A stretch of 64,000 bases of DNA from Lingula anatina (taxonomy: Eukaryota; Animalia; Brachiopoda). Below, in pieces: positions 28,529-39,094 of this stretch. Both the position numbers and the translations under genes were made by a program. The stretch is from the NCBI GenBank assembly GCA_051362555.1, contig JBPQGU010000016.1, positions 4,650,001 to 4,714,000 of the forward strand, in the 5' to 3' direction. Each line of letters begins with the position of its first letter. The first letter of the stretch is position 1. The notes beneath the pieces were generated by a model. That model made no database searches and was not told the DNA's origin. It saw only the letters and a program-made list of their open reading frames with translations.

Positions 28529-29311
28529 ATCAATGGGTTATCGATACAACATGCTGTAATGGAGTTCTGCAACATTGAAGGAAGGAATGGAAAAAATGGC
28601 CATTAGGATCACAATCATTGATCAATGACAGTTAACATGGACATGATTATTGTCCAGGATGAACAGAGATTATGGGAACGATTGCTAGAGTTTTGTTTTC
28701 AAAAATTTTCTTTTTTTCCTTTTTCATGTTTTCTTGATAATGCTATCCTCCAAGACGTGGAGGTTACAAGCAATAAAAGTTTGAAGGCTTTAGCAGATTC
28801 ATTACCAGATGTCATTTTGAAGTCAAGAGCAGACAACACAGTGAGATAATATTCTTTCGGCTTCCAAAAATGGCTTGAACGGTGTAATACGATCGGTGTG
28901 ACCTCTTTCTTTACAGCGAAAGACTCGATTGTTGCTTTTTATCTTCAAAATTTGTCACAAACTTGTAATTATTCTGATGGGTTTAGACATCTTTTTACAC
29001 TTTAAAATGGTTTCATGGTACAGCCAACTGTAAGAAAAATCCGAAATTGCGAGTCAAAATTCGTTATTGCAGTGAAGGAAGCATCTCAGAGACGGAAAGA
29101 TCATAGAGTAACAAAAAAGGAACCTGTAACTGCTAAGCACATTTCTCAATTGGTTACTAATTTTATGAGTTCTGAAGTCACTTTGAAGGATCTCCGAGTA
29201 CTTTCCGTTTGTTTGATTTCATATGCTGGATTCTAATGCAGGGACTAAAGACAGACTGTTTAAGAAACACGGTAGATGGCGATCTGAAAACACAAAAGAC
29301 GGTTATGTTAA

Positions 29312-30345
29312 CCCTCAAGTGACCAAGTGGGGTCATTTACGACCCCAGCCATATGATTTAATGTGCCATCTCTTTATTTTTTATTCGAATTTTCTTTCCT
29401 TGCATGAGTTTGTCAGTCTACTAATCCTACACACTTTCACAGTTTTTTGTAGGGATCAATCAATTAGTATGGTGTATACATCACAAACTCTTGTGGGGTC
29501 ATTTATGACCCCAAAGAGAAGCATTGGCTTTTAAATATTAGTCTTTAAATTTTATTCAAATGTTTTGCCCAAGCAACACTGACAGGGAAATGTCACATGC
29601 ATGTGCTTCATGCAACCAGCCAGTGTGCCCAAAACATAGGCACAAATAAGTGGTTTGTGAAGATTGTGCTTGAAGTGTTACTAACAGTGCATCGCTGAAT
29701 CTAATTTCAGTAGCTTTGTTGGAACGTGTTCTCATAATTGGGTCTCTCATTTTGACGGTTACAATTTTCGGGTATTTTGGAAATATAAAGAATTCTGTCA
29801 ACATCATATTATACATATATTAACAAATTGTTTGTGTGGATTTTGTTTTATACAAAGATGTGGTAGTAACATACATGTAGGTTGATTGAATGTGTTCTGA
29901 GTAGTATGACTTCCTTACCAGCATTAGGGTATTCCCTACTCAGTAAGTCAGCTAATTATTCTTATTGCAGTTAGTAGGATGCTATCTCAACATAAGTCAA
30001 AATATTTTTACTCAAAGTAATTTTGTAATGTACTTTTTTCATTTAGTGTGGCAAATAAAAAGAGAAATATTTCTGCAAGTAGAAACTGACAAGGACTGTC
30101 TAAATACCGGTGTAATGTTGTTCTTAAAATCTGTGCTTGGTTATTCCATGCAATAAAAGTATTATTACCGAATACTTATTACATTAGATCATTATAAAAT
30201 ACTTGTCTTAAATCCTGGGAGTAGTATAGGTGTGATAAACCATCAACAGCCTTTTATAATAAGGATCCCTGTATAGAGCATAATGGGGTCACAGATGACC
30301 CCACTTGGTCATTTCAGTCGGTAAAATAGCTTGGTCTCTTGAGGG
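29312..30345. mobile_element. piggyBac-type non-autonomous element (MITE), 1034 bp
   Basis: TTAA duplication (29308-29311, 30346-30349). TIR CCCTCAAG(T/A)GACCAAG matches 15/16. Subterminal palindromic ggggtca..gacccc repeats. Removing it restores the YR frame DGYV-KDTVEERL. Confidence 0.92.
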
Positions 30346-30626
30346 TTAAGGATACTGTCGAAGAAAGATTATTAGTTTTTTAAAAATTTGGGAATTTAAT
30401 TTTTTTTTACTTGTCTTCCTCTTTTTTTTTGCTATTTCAAATGTTTTACTTCAGTTTGGCTTCTGTGGCAAGTACTACAAGTTTTAATTGTTGCTTTTTA
30501 TTTATTTGAATCAAGAGTGAAGAGATTGCAAATTATTTATGAAATTGAATAGATAAATAAGAACATAATATTAATTTGTTTCACATTGCGCTCCTTCACA
30601 CACACCCCCTCCCTTCTCTTGGGTAC

Positions 30627-30728
30627 TGTTAAGGGATGCTCCCTCTTATTGATACTTGTTATATAATAAACGCTCCCAGAGCACTTCCGGTTCAGTTATA
30701 TCCACGTGTTTGACTTATTCCATTAACA
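30627..30728 (+). repeat. 5' LTR (102 bp)
   Basis: TGTTAA...TTAACA; contains tatataataaa (TATA-like overlapping AATAAA); identical to 35527-35628. Confidence 0.97.
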
Positions 30729-30739
30729 TGGTGTCAGAA
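30729..30739 (+). promoter_or_regulatory. Primer binding site, tRNA-Leu type
   Basis: TGGTGTCAGAA immediately after the LTR, complementary to the ...TTCTGACACCA 3' end of metazoan tRNA-Leu. Confidence 0.85.
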
Positions 30740-31065
30740 TTTCGTGCTCACGTCTACATAAGCTGAAGACACGATTTCTAAAGTGGTCAAGAACTAAGTT
30801 AAAGGACCAGAGAAACAGAAGGTATGTGTGATACAAAGAAGAAATCTGTTGATCATACGATTTTATGGATGAAAAGTGGAACCGACTGAACAGAAATTCA
30901 GGCATCGGAAGTCGATAATAAAAAAACTCTGGTGATTAGTGAAAGACATATATTCATGAGTTTTTTTTAGAAGTTACAAACGGGACAGATTTAACAAGCA
31001 AATACTGTTGATTGTGACCTTAAAGTAGAACTGCAGAAGCTGTGTATTTGTTACATAGATTAATC

Positions 31066-31860
31066 ATGTCTACCAGTACTAGTACACCCCCAGTTACCCC
31101 TGCAACAGCGAATTTGTTACCTCCGCCACAACCTATGGACGTGAAGGGACATTGTGCAACTAACTGGCAATTTTTTAGAGACACATGGAAGAATTATGAA
31201 ATTGCAACAGAACTAAATCTTAAGTCGGAAGAGATAAGAGTAGCTACCTTACTTACGGTCATGGGCAAAGACTGTTTTCAAATATTTCAGAATTTAGCCC
31301 TGAGTGATGATGATCGCAAGGACTCTAAAATAATACTGGAAGCTTTGACAAATCATTTTGAGCCACAACGCAACATTGTTTATGAGAGATACGTGTTTAA
31401 TACTTGTACACAAGAGCCCAGTGAAGGGATTGATGCCTATGTGAACAGGCTGCGGAAACTCAGTGCCACTTGCAAGTATGGAACGCTTTTAGATGAAATG
31501 ATCAGAGACCGTATTGTGATAGGGGTGAGAGACTCTGTTGTCCGGGCTAGATTGTTGCGTGAAAAGGACCTTACATTAGCAAAGTGTATTGACACGTGTC
31601 GTGCGAGTGAAATGACGACGCAGCAACTTAAAGCCATAGATGGTGAGGTTGAAACTGTGCATGCTGTGAAACCAAAAATGAAAAAAGCCGGGACAAAGAT
31701 GAAGACGGCAGTATCTGAACACAAGACAGACAAGAAAGGAGAGCAAAAACAGAAGAGCCATTCGGATTGTAGCTACTGCGGGACGCAACATCCCAAGCGT
31801 CAATGCCCAGCATGGGGTCGCCGCTGTAAGAAGTGTGGACGACTAAATCATTTTTGCTAG
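31066..31860 (+). CDS. gag: Gag (capsid plus zinc knuckles)
   Basis: ATG at 31066; YERYVFNTCTQ..E.IDAYVNRLRKLSATCKYG..DEMIRDRIVIG; CSYCGTQHPKRQC and CKKCGRLNHF, the second knuckle being cut by a frameshift. Confidence 0.93.
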   Translation: MSTSTSTPPVTPATANLLPPPQPMDVKGHCATNWQFFRDTWKNYEIATELNLKSEEIRVATLLTVMGKDCFQIFQNLALSDDDRKDSKIILEALTNHFEPQRNIVYERYVFNTCTQEPSEGIDAYVNRLRKLSATCKYGTLLDEMIRDRIVIGVRDSVVRARLLREKDLTLAKCIDTCRASEMTTQQLKAIDGEVETVHAVKPKMKKAGTKMKTAVSEHKTDKKGEQKQKSHSDCSYCGTQHPKRQCPAWGRRCKKCGRLNHFC

Positions 31861-31861
31861 C

Positions 31862-34800
31862 ATGTGTAGGTCACAAGGGGCCAAAGTCCACCAAGTCGAT
31901 AATTCTGATCCTGAAGATAGCGACTCCGAATCGTCAGTATTCACAGTTAAAACCGGCAGGACCACATATCTTGTTGAACCATCAGTCCAATACAAGAGAA
32001 GCAGCTCTTGGATGCCACAAGTATTCCAATTAGACAATGGAGCAGGTGTAAACTGTTTGAGATATGAGAATTGCTGTCGCATAATGAGCACTAATGAGCC
32101 AGTCTTGAAGAAAAGCAGCAAGAGACTAACCTCATACAGTGGTAACCGTGTTGAGAATATGGGGCAGGTGACACTTAACATGAGAATAAACAACCGTGAA
32201 GAATACGTAAAGTTTCATGTAGTGAAAAATGTCACTTGTTCGTTACTCAATGGAGAGACATCAGAGAGATTTGGTCTGATGAAGATAAAGAGAGATGTTC
32301 TCATCAACGTTGTTAGCACGGAACTGTCAGAGGATGATATCTTCGCCAAGTATAATGATGTGTTTAGTGGTTTAGGTGACCTAGGAGAATACCACATTGA
32401 GCTGGACCCTAAGGTTATACCAAAACAAGACTCACCAAGGTCCGTACCAGTAGCTTTGAGAAAAGAGCTAAAAGAAAAGCTGGCGAGCATGGTGAAACAA
32501 GGCATCATTGAGAGGGTAAATCAGCCAACGGATTGGATAAGCTCGATGGTGGCGGTGAGGAAGCCAGGCAAGTTAAGAATATGCCTAGACCCAAAAGAAC
32601 TCAACAAAGCTGTAAAGATTCCAAAATTCAAACTTCCAACCTTGGAGGAAGTAAGTGCAAACTTGACTAATGCAAAAGTATTTAGCGTTATAGATGCTAG
32701 AGATGGTTTCCTTCAGGTGAGATTAGATGAGGAGTCCAGCCTTCTTACGACATTCAATACGCCATTTGGCAGGTATCGTTGGCGACGTTTACCATTCGGC
32801 ATCTCATCAGCCCCGGAAGAGTTCCAGAGGCGAGTTATAGACCTACTGGACGGTCTTGACGGAGTCCAGACCATCGCAGACGACATCCTGGTGTATGGTA
32901 AAGGAGATACCTCTGAGGAAGCGATCAAGAATCATGACGAAAATATGATAGCACTATTAGAGAGATGTCGTGAGAGGAACTTCAAAATGAACAAGACTAA
33001 GCTTCGATTCAAATTGAACTCAGTTACTTATCACGGGCACGTGATCTCAGATGAAGGTTTGAAAGCAGATCCATTGAAGGTGCAGGCCATAGTAGAAATG
33101 GAAAGGCCGGAGAACGCTAAAGCGGTGAAAAGACTAATTGGCATGGTGAATTACCTGGCCAAGTTCTGCCCTCATTTATCAACAGTGAGCGAACCACTGA
33201 GACGCTTGACGACTGAAGATGCACCCTTTATATGGTCAGATCAGCATGAGCAGACGTTCTGTACATTGAAACAAATGTTGACAATGACCCCAGTTTTGAG
33301 ATACTATAGCCTAACAGAGGAAGTTACAGTAGAAGCCGATAGCAGCGATTACGGGTTAGGTGCAGTCTTACTGCAAGCTGGACAACCTGTAGCTTTTGCA
33401 TCAAGGGCATTGTCCAAAACAGAGCGCAACTATTCTCAGATGGAAAAAGAATGTTTGGCCATAACATTTGCATGTAACCGTTTCGATCAGTATCTCCATG
33501 GCCGAGACTATATCACAGTACTCACGGATCACCAAAACCTAGAGACAATATTCAAGAAACCAATCTTGGCTGCCCCAAAGCGACTTCAACGCATGCGCCT
33601 CAGGCTACAGAAATACCATATTGAGGTGAAGTACCAGCGTGGTAAAAAGATGTATATCTCTGATGCATTATCTAGAGCAACTGCGTCCAAGTCAGTAACT
33701 ACCAAGGAGAACTCAGATTACGAGATTTACACAGTAGAATCCGAGCAGAAGTTGGCCAAAGAAGTCGAGGAGATTGATTACTCGCAGTACAACAATGTGT
33801 CCGATGAGTCTCTGGAGCAAGTAAAGACTCATACACTTCGGGATGACGCTATGCAGTCACTGCTGATCCTAGTCATGGAAGGATGGCCTAGTGACAAAAC
33901 TCAAGTTCCCCTGTTATGCCGTGAATACTGGCCATATAGAGACGAGTTATCCTGTCAAGATGGCATCCTCTATCGAGGCACCAGAGTAGTAATTCCTACT
34001 ATCTTACGTAAACAGATGCTGGAGAGAGTCCATGCAACTCATCAAGGAACAGAGACAGCTATACGTAAAGCTAGAGATGCGATTTTCTGGCCTCAGATCA
34101 GCAATGACATTCGCAATGTGGTAGCAACTTGCAACGTCTGTCAGGAAAATCAGCCTCGCCAACAGAAAGAGCCAATGCATTCTCAGCCTATACCCAAGGA
34201 GCGATTTGAAATCGTCAGCAGTGATTTATTTTCCATTCAAGGGGAACATTATTTGCTGCTTGTAGATCATTTCTCAAAGTACTGGGAGATCACTCAACTC
34301 AGTGACACTACTTCAGAAGCAGTGATCAATGAATTGAAGCAGCAGTTTGCTCGACATGGCATTCCAAAGCTGTTTATCTCTGACAACGGGCCTCAATATC
34401 AGTGTCAGCAATTCCGAGAGTTCACCGAGGCGTGGAAGATTAACCATCATACATCATCTCCCCACCACCCCAGTGGTAACGGCACAGCTGAGGCAGCTGT
34501 TAAAGTGGCAAAGACCCTGATTAAGAGAACAAAACAAGACGGTACCGATTTGTGGTTAGCAGTTTTAGAGCACAGAAACACGCCAGCCGCAGACAACACG
34601 GGGAGTGCAGCACAAAAGTTGATGAGTAGGCGCACTAGATCGCTCATTCCCATACGCTGTGACAAGCTAGAGCCAATAGTAGTACCAAAAGACCAGGTAT
34701 TTCAGAAACAAGTAAACCAGAAGAGAATAGCAAAGAAGTGTTATGACAAAGGAAGCAAGGAACTGCCTCCTCTGGTTATCGGACAGCCTGTGCGTACCAA

Positions 34801-35176
34801 TCTAAGGCCGCAATCGTCAGTCTCATGGTCTGCTGGCAGAATAGTGGAGAAACTCGCCCCTCGATCCTATCTAGTGGAGCAAGACAACAAAATTTACCGC
34901 AGGAACCGTAGTCACCTCAGACCTAGTCGAGAGGTCACCACTCCAAACCAATCCCGGGGGACAGTAGCTGCAGAAACACCAGAGGTACCGATTAAACCCA
35001 CTGACGTTACCAGCGAACCAATTATGATACCCAGTCCCATAAAGTCAACTCCCAGTACGCCGTGCAAAACTACACCTCCACCACAGAGCAGTGAAGAGGA
35101 GGTCCATACCACTCGGTTCGGTAGACTCTTGAAGAAGCCAAAATACTTAGGAGATTATGTTGTGTATTCTAAGTGA
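31862..35176 (+). CDS. pol: Pol polyprotein (protease, reverse transcriptase, RNase H, integrase); probably the continuation of a single gag-pol ORF
   Basis: 1104-aa ORF: LDNGA (PR); LRICLDPKELN, RLPFGISSAPEEFQ, IADDILVYG (RT); ADSSDYGLGAVL, NYSQMEKECLA, TDHQNL (RH); HATH..CNVC, SDLF, SDNGPQ, AEAAVK (IN). Confidence 0.96.
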   Translation: MCRSQGAKVHQVDNSDPEDSDSESSVFTVKTGRTTYLVEPSVQYKRSSSWMPQVFQLDNGAGVNCLRYENCCRIMSTNEPVLKKSSKRLTSYSGNRVENMGQVTLNMRINNREEYVKFHVVKNVTCSLLNGETSERFGLMKIKRDVLINVVSTELSEDDIFAKYNDVFSGLGDLGEYHIELDPKVIPKQDSPRSVPVALRKELKEKLASMVKQGIIERVNQPTDWISSMVAVRKPGKLRICLDPKELNKAVKIPKFKLPTLEEVSANLTNAKVFSVIDARDGFLQVRLDEESSLLTTFNTPFGRYRWRRLPFGISSAPEEFQRRVIDLLDGLDGVQTIADDILVYGKGDTSEEAIKNHDENMIALLERCRERNFKMNKTKLRFKLNSVTYHGHVISDEGLKADPLKVQAIVEMERPENAKAVKRLIGMVNYLAKFCPHLSTVSEPLRRLTTEDAPFIWSDQHEQTFCTLKQMLTMTPVLRYYSLTEEVTVEADSSDYGLGAVLLQAGQPVAFASRALSKTERNYSQMEKECLAITFACNRFDQYLHGRDYITVLTDHQNLETIFKKPILAAPKRLQRMRLRLQKYHIEVKYQRGKKMYISDALSRATASKSVTTKENSDYEIYTVESEQKLAKEVEEIDYSQYNNVSDESLEQVKTHTLRDDAMQSLLILVMEGWPSDKTQVPLLCREYWPYRDELSCQDGILYRGTRVVIPTILRKQMLERVHATHQGTETAIRKARDAIFWPQISNDIRNVVATCNVCQENQPRQQKEPMHSQPIPKERFEIVSSDLFSIQGEHYLLLVDHFSKYWEITQLSDTTSEAVINELKQQFARHGIPKLFISDNGPQYQCQQFREFTEAWKINHHTSSPHHPSGNGTAEAAVKVAKTLIKRTKQDGTDLWLAVLEHRNTPAADNTGSAAQKLMSRRTRSLIPIRCDKLEPIVVPKDQVFQKQVNQKRIAKKCYDKGSKELPPLVIGQPVRTNLRPQSSVSWSAGRIVEKLAPRSYLVEQDNKIYRRNRSHLRPSREVTTPNQSRGTVAAETPEVPIKPTDVTSEPIMIPSPIKSTPSTPCKTTPPPQSSEEEVHTTRFGRLLKKPKYLGDYVVYSK

Positions 35177-35378
35177 TGGGTCAGAATAATACCCATGGCA
35201 GAAAAGGGTGAGAGGCAGTCTACCTCAATGACCCCATTGTAAAATAGTAGTTTGTTTTTTAGTTATAGTATATTGTTTTGAGTAGTGCTCCATATTACAA
35301 AGTCAGGACAATATAAACCAGAAAGTGACTTAAGTTGATCTTAGAACATAATTAAACATATGATATGGACTTGTTCAG

Positions 35379-35419
<41 letters not shown>

Positions 35420-35513
35420 ATTTACACTGTTTCAAGTTATTGTGTTTATTTTGAAATGTTGACTAGTTCGTGATTATTATAGTTGTTTTTTGTTTTTTTT
35501 TTCTTTTTTTTAT

Positions 35514-35526
35514 GGGAAAAGGATGA
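35514..35526 (+). promoter_or_regulatory. Polypurine tract
   Basis: gggaaaaggatga directly before the 3' LTR. Confidence 0.8.
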
Positions 35527-35628
35527 TGTTAAGGGATGCTCCCTCTTATTGATACTTGTTATATAATAAACGCTCCCAGAGCACTTCCGGTTCAGTTATA
35601 TCCACGTGTTTGACTTATTCCATTAACA
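35527..35628 (+). repeat. 3' LTR (102 bp)
   Basis: Identical to the 5' LTR and followed by TSD GGTAC. Confidence 0.97.
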
Positions 35629-38224
35629 GGTACTTTTCCTTCTCTCTGTAATGTTTACGATCTTTTGTGAATACGACCAGTGTTAAAAAAGGTAAATTTA
35701 TTAGTATCTCTAAAATCTTAAATTGATAACTTCAATAACTTCCCTTAATCATGGTTATTTTTATTTAACTTTGACCACGGACCCGCAGAATCTTCGAGCG
35801 GGCCAGTTTATGTCTATTACTTACAATCGACAGCCAGGGGGGCGTACAATACAATATATTTCATCCTACGCAAAGCTACTCCCCGAATGTATGAGCATCA
35901 TCATTTACTTGTTATACCTATCTTCATTGCTATTTTTAGTTTTTGATTTAATATAAACTAGTTGTCCTAGAAAAATATTATGTATGGTGACAAATAGGTC
36001 TACGCGGGTAATAGCCTTGTCACAATAGTAAAATAATATTCCATAATTTCGCCGTTCTTTGAGACCAATTTCCACAGCAACTCCTCAAATGTGCCATGCA
36101 CTGTACCAGTTGTAATTTGCATAAGAAAAAGTCGCGCATCGCAGTGCAAGCTATGCTCCTGGTTGGTCACTGGATAGCTAGACCCTGTAAGAAGACGACC
36201 TGCATTCATTGGTGGTTGGAAGGGTATCACGTGATACGTCAAAAGATGCGCACGCACGTCAGTCATTTGACGTTTTGCCGTCGAAGAGTAAACATCGAAA
36301 GTGAGCTCCCGGCGACGTCTTCCTGCGTCTTCGTCCAGTAAAGCATTGGCGCAACTGTGTGCGATGCATTGTTTATTGGGGCATTTGCGTAACGTTACGC
36401 CGACTTTGTTTCATTATGTATAAATGTATATAAATATAAATATGGATGCTACAAACTAATAATGAAACACTTGAAAAAATGTGCAATTTATGATCAACAA
36501 ACCGACGAGTAGAGTTGTAAAATGTCACCGTGGCATAGGTATCACATCTCTGTCAGTGTGTAGGCCTACTATCCTATATACCTGTAGTGACTGTAGCTTG
36601 GGCAGAGTAAAATTTGCTGGCAATGTTGATTTGTTATTGACTTTAATTTTTCTGTGTATAATTGATAATTTCTTGTTTGAATAAGAATAATAATTAACTC
36701 TAGAAATTAAAATAGTAAATTATGACAAGTTGATAATTCAGATAACTATAAGAAAGGGCATGTGACAAAGTTTTTTTTTTTTTTTTTTTTTTTTTTGTGG
36801 AAAGTAAGCTTGACCAAAGTTTAAGGCAAAGAAAATGTAAAATGACAAAATTATCATAAACAAATGGAAGAACTTTGATATGATTATAAACTTTTTATTT
36901 CACATATTTCATAAAAACATAATTAACAGTATATTTTATTTCTTACATTTTTCTTATAAATTTTATAACTCATTTAACTATTCACAAAATATTGAAATAA
37001 TATAATAATACTTTTTAAATGATTTAAAAGGGTGACAACCTACAAATACATACATAGCACAGGCAAGACTGAAATCCTGATAGAATTCAGATTACTTTAA
37101 ATTCGTCTTAGTCAGATTTTAATATCACTTTTTTTAAAACTATAAAATATGCCTTGAATTTCAAGTTAGTTTGCTAGATGCGTACATTACTCAGAGTGAG
37201 AAATCATGGTAAATGCATATAATAAGAGACAGAAAATGTAATGTATTATCAACATTTACAAATCCTCATATCTGACAGAAATCACAATAAACGAAGTTTT
37301 TCCAAGATCTGCAGTATTTAATTTTCTCCAAGTTCATGAGACTTACTACTCACTTTACTTAATTAATCAAAACTTAACTTACAAAAGATGAGGGGAATTC
37401 TCTATGCAGATAATACAATATTTGATATTGTGACAAACTACTAATTTAACATTTGATGACTGAGTAATTAAAAAGCAATCATGTTTATTACAATGTCACA
37501 CTCCATGAAGGCACAGATTTTGGAAATAACAAACATCATTCCTGTTATCTCAAGTCTCTAATTTCAGCTACAATCCATAGGCGGTATCCCATTATGAGGT
37601 TATAAGCTGTTTCCATTCCCTGAAATTAAAAAGCAGTAAATGTTTTATATTTGATATTATTATTATTTAACTGGATAAGGCTTCAACTTTTTAGGTAACC
37701 TGTTACCATTATACTTAAATATGATTTCAATTTTTATGATAGTAAGATTAAAATGAAAGTTTAGGCAAAACAAACACAGAACATGTTTTTGTCAATGTTA
37801 ACGAAATAGATGAGCAATGGAAACATAAGTCACAAGTTTACAACTATGGTATTCCGATGAATTACTTCTCACCTTTATAGTGCACAGCATTTCAAAAATA
37901 AAAATTGTAGTCCATGCTGAAAAAGATATGAGACTTATCATCAGTATTAAAAAAAAATGTTTATTTGATATGTACTTGAGCCAATTACTGTATGTGGCAT
38001 AAAAGAGTGCTATTATATGGAGCTACAGTTGAGATATAATAGGCTCTTGTACATCATACACAGTGAATGACAAGTAGTTGTAACTGACTAATACCATGAC
38101 TAGCCCTTCAACAGTTGTAGGAATGTGCTTGTATAGTGATCAGAATATACAAGTGCAATTATGCTGTTGTTATACATGTAAATGCTGGATAACCAAAACA
38201 GTACTTTGGCATGCACTATATACA

Positions 38225-38820
38225 GCCTATAATTCTCAAGATCCTGGGGTGCCATTGGGTGCCATAGGCTCTTTTTGCTAACCAATATCTAAGCAACATT
38301 TCTGACAATTTTGAAAATAATTGTCCGATTGCTTTTTCAGATATTTGATTTGAAAGACGGGGTCTGCGTGATCCAAAATTCACTCAAACAAAAATGGCCG
38401 TAATTTGCCATGGCACTGCATTGTCTATATATCCCAAGACCCAGGGGTGCTGTCAGTTGCAGGCTACATATTATGTAAAAAGGTACACGAAAAACGTCAG
38501 ATTAAGATTTGGAAAAAATCTACCGTTTACTTTTTCAGATATATGCTTTTTAATGAGGGAGTTTAACATTATAAAGACGCATTCCTACAAAAATGGTCGT
38601 AATTGGGTATGAAGGATTATACCGTCTATATCTCTAAAGATCCAGGGGTGCCATCGGGTGCCATCGGCACTTTTTGTCAACAAATAAATGAGCAACATTA
38701 CTGAAAAGTTGAAAAAAAATCGTCCGAGTGCTTTTCGAGATATTTCACTTGAAAGAAGGCTTGTGGTGTGAAAACTTCAGTTTACAATTGTCAAACTACA
38801 TATGAAGCTATGCCTAGTTT
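38225..38820 (+). repeat. Three diverged ~200-bp tandem units, probably the internal array and 3' end of a Helentron-associated element
   Basis: aaga(t/c)cc(t/a)ggggtgc at ~38238, ~38436 and ~38637, each followed by ..gaaaa.aat..ccg..t.ctttt..agatat; the region ends gaagctatgcctagttt. Confidence 0.65.
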
Positions 38821-39094
38821 AAATTGTCATAAAAACATAAACAGACCAAACACTTGAAAATCACTTCACATGAGTTAAGTTGAGATGGTACTGATCGTTG
38901 TAAATAGTAAAATGCTTTTAAAATACCCACCAAATTTATGTGCATGCCTCCTAAATAAACGATCCTCCCCGGTGCGTCGAACGTGCCATTTTGTTTACCT
39001 ATAACGGAGTGTAAAATTCCTGCTTTTTTCATTGGCTCCCGAAAATCACGTGATACCCTTCCACCCACCACTGACCTGCATTGAAAGTTTTCAA

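Larger units (their letters stand above)
27490..30399 (+). mobile_element. Decayed DIRS/Ngaro-group tyrosine-recombinase retrotransposon (RT, RNase H, YR relics), interrupted by other elements
   Basis: HHLDIAP; FLVLSFGLSSAPFIFSKILR...IVVYLDDGI (RT); EKSKLEPVNKLEWLGIIWD; LARVTGKIIS; VYSDA (RNase H); YR motifs KSRADNTVR, KKEPVT, DLRVLSVCLISYAGF, DRLFKKHGRWRSENTKDGYV, continuing after the MITE as KDTVEERLLV..NLGI*. Confidence 0.88.
30627..35628 (+). mobile_element. Full-length Ty3/Gypsy LTR retrotransposon (Mag-clade-like), 5002 bp
   Basis: Identical 102-bp TG..CA LTRs; 5-bp TSD GGTAC (30622-30626, 35629-35633); PBS; PPT; gag-PR-RT-RH-IN order. Confidence 0.97.
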
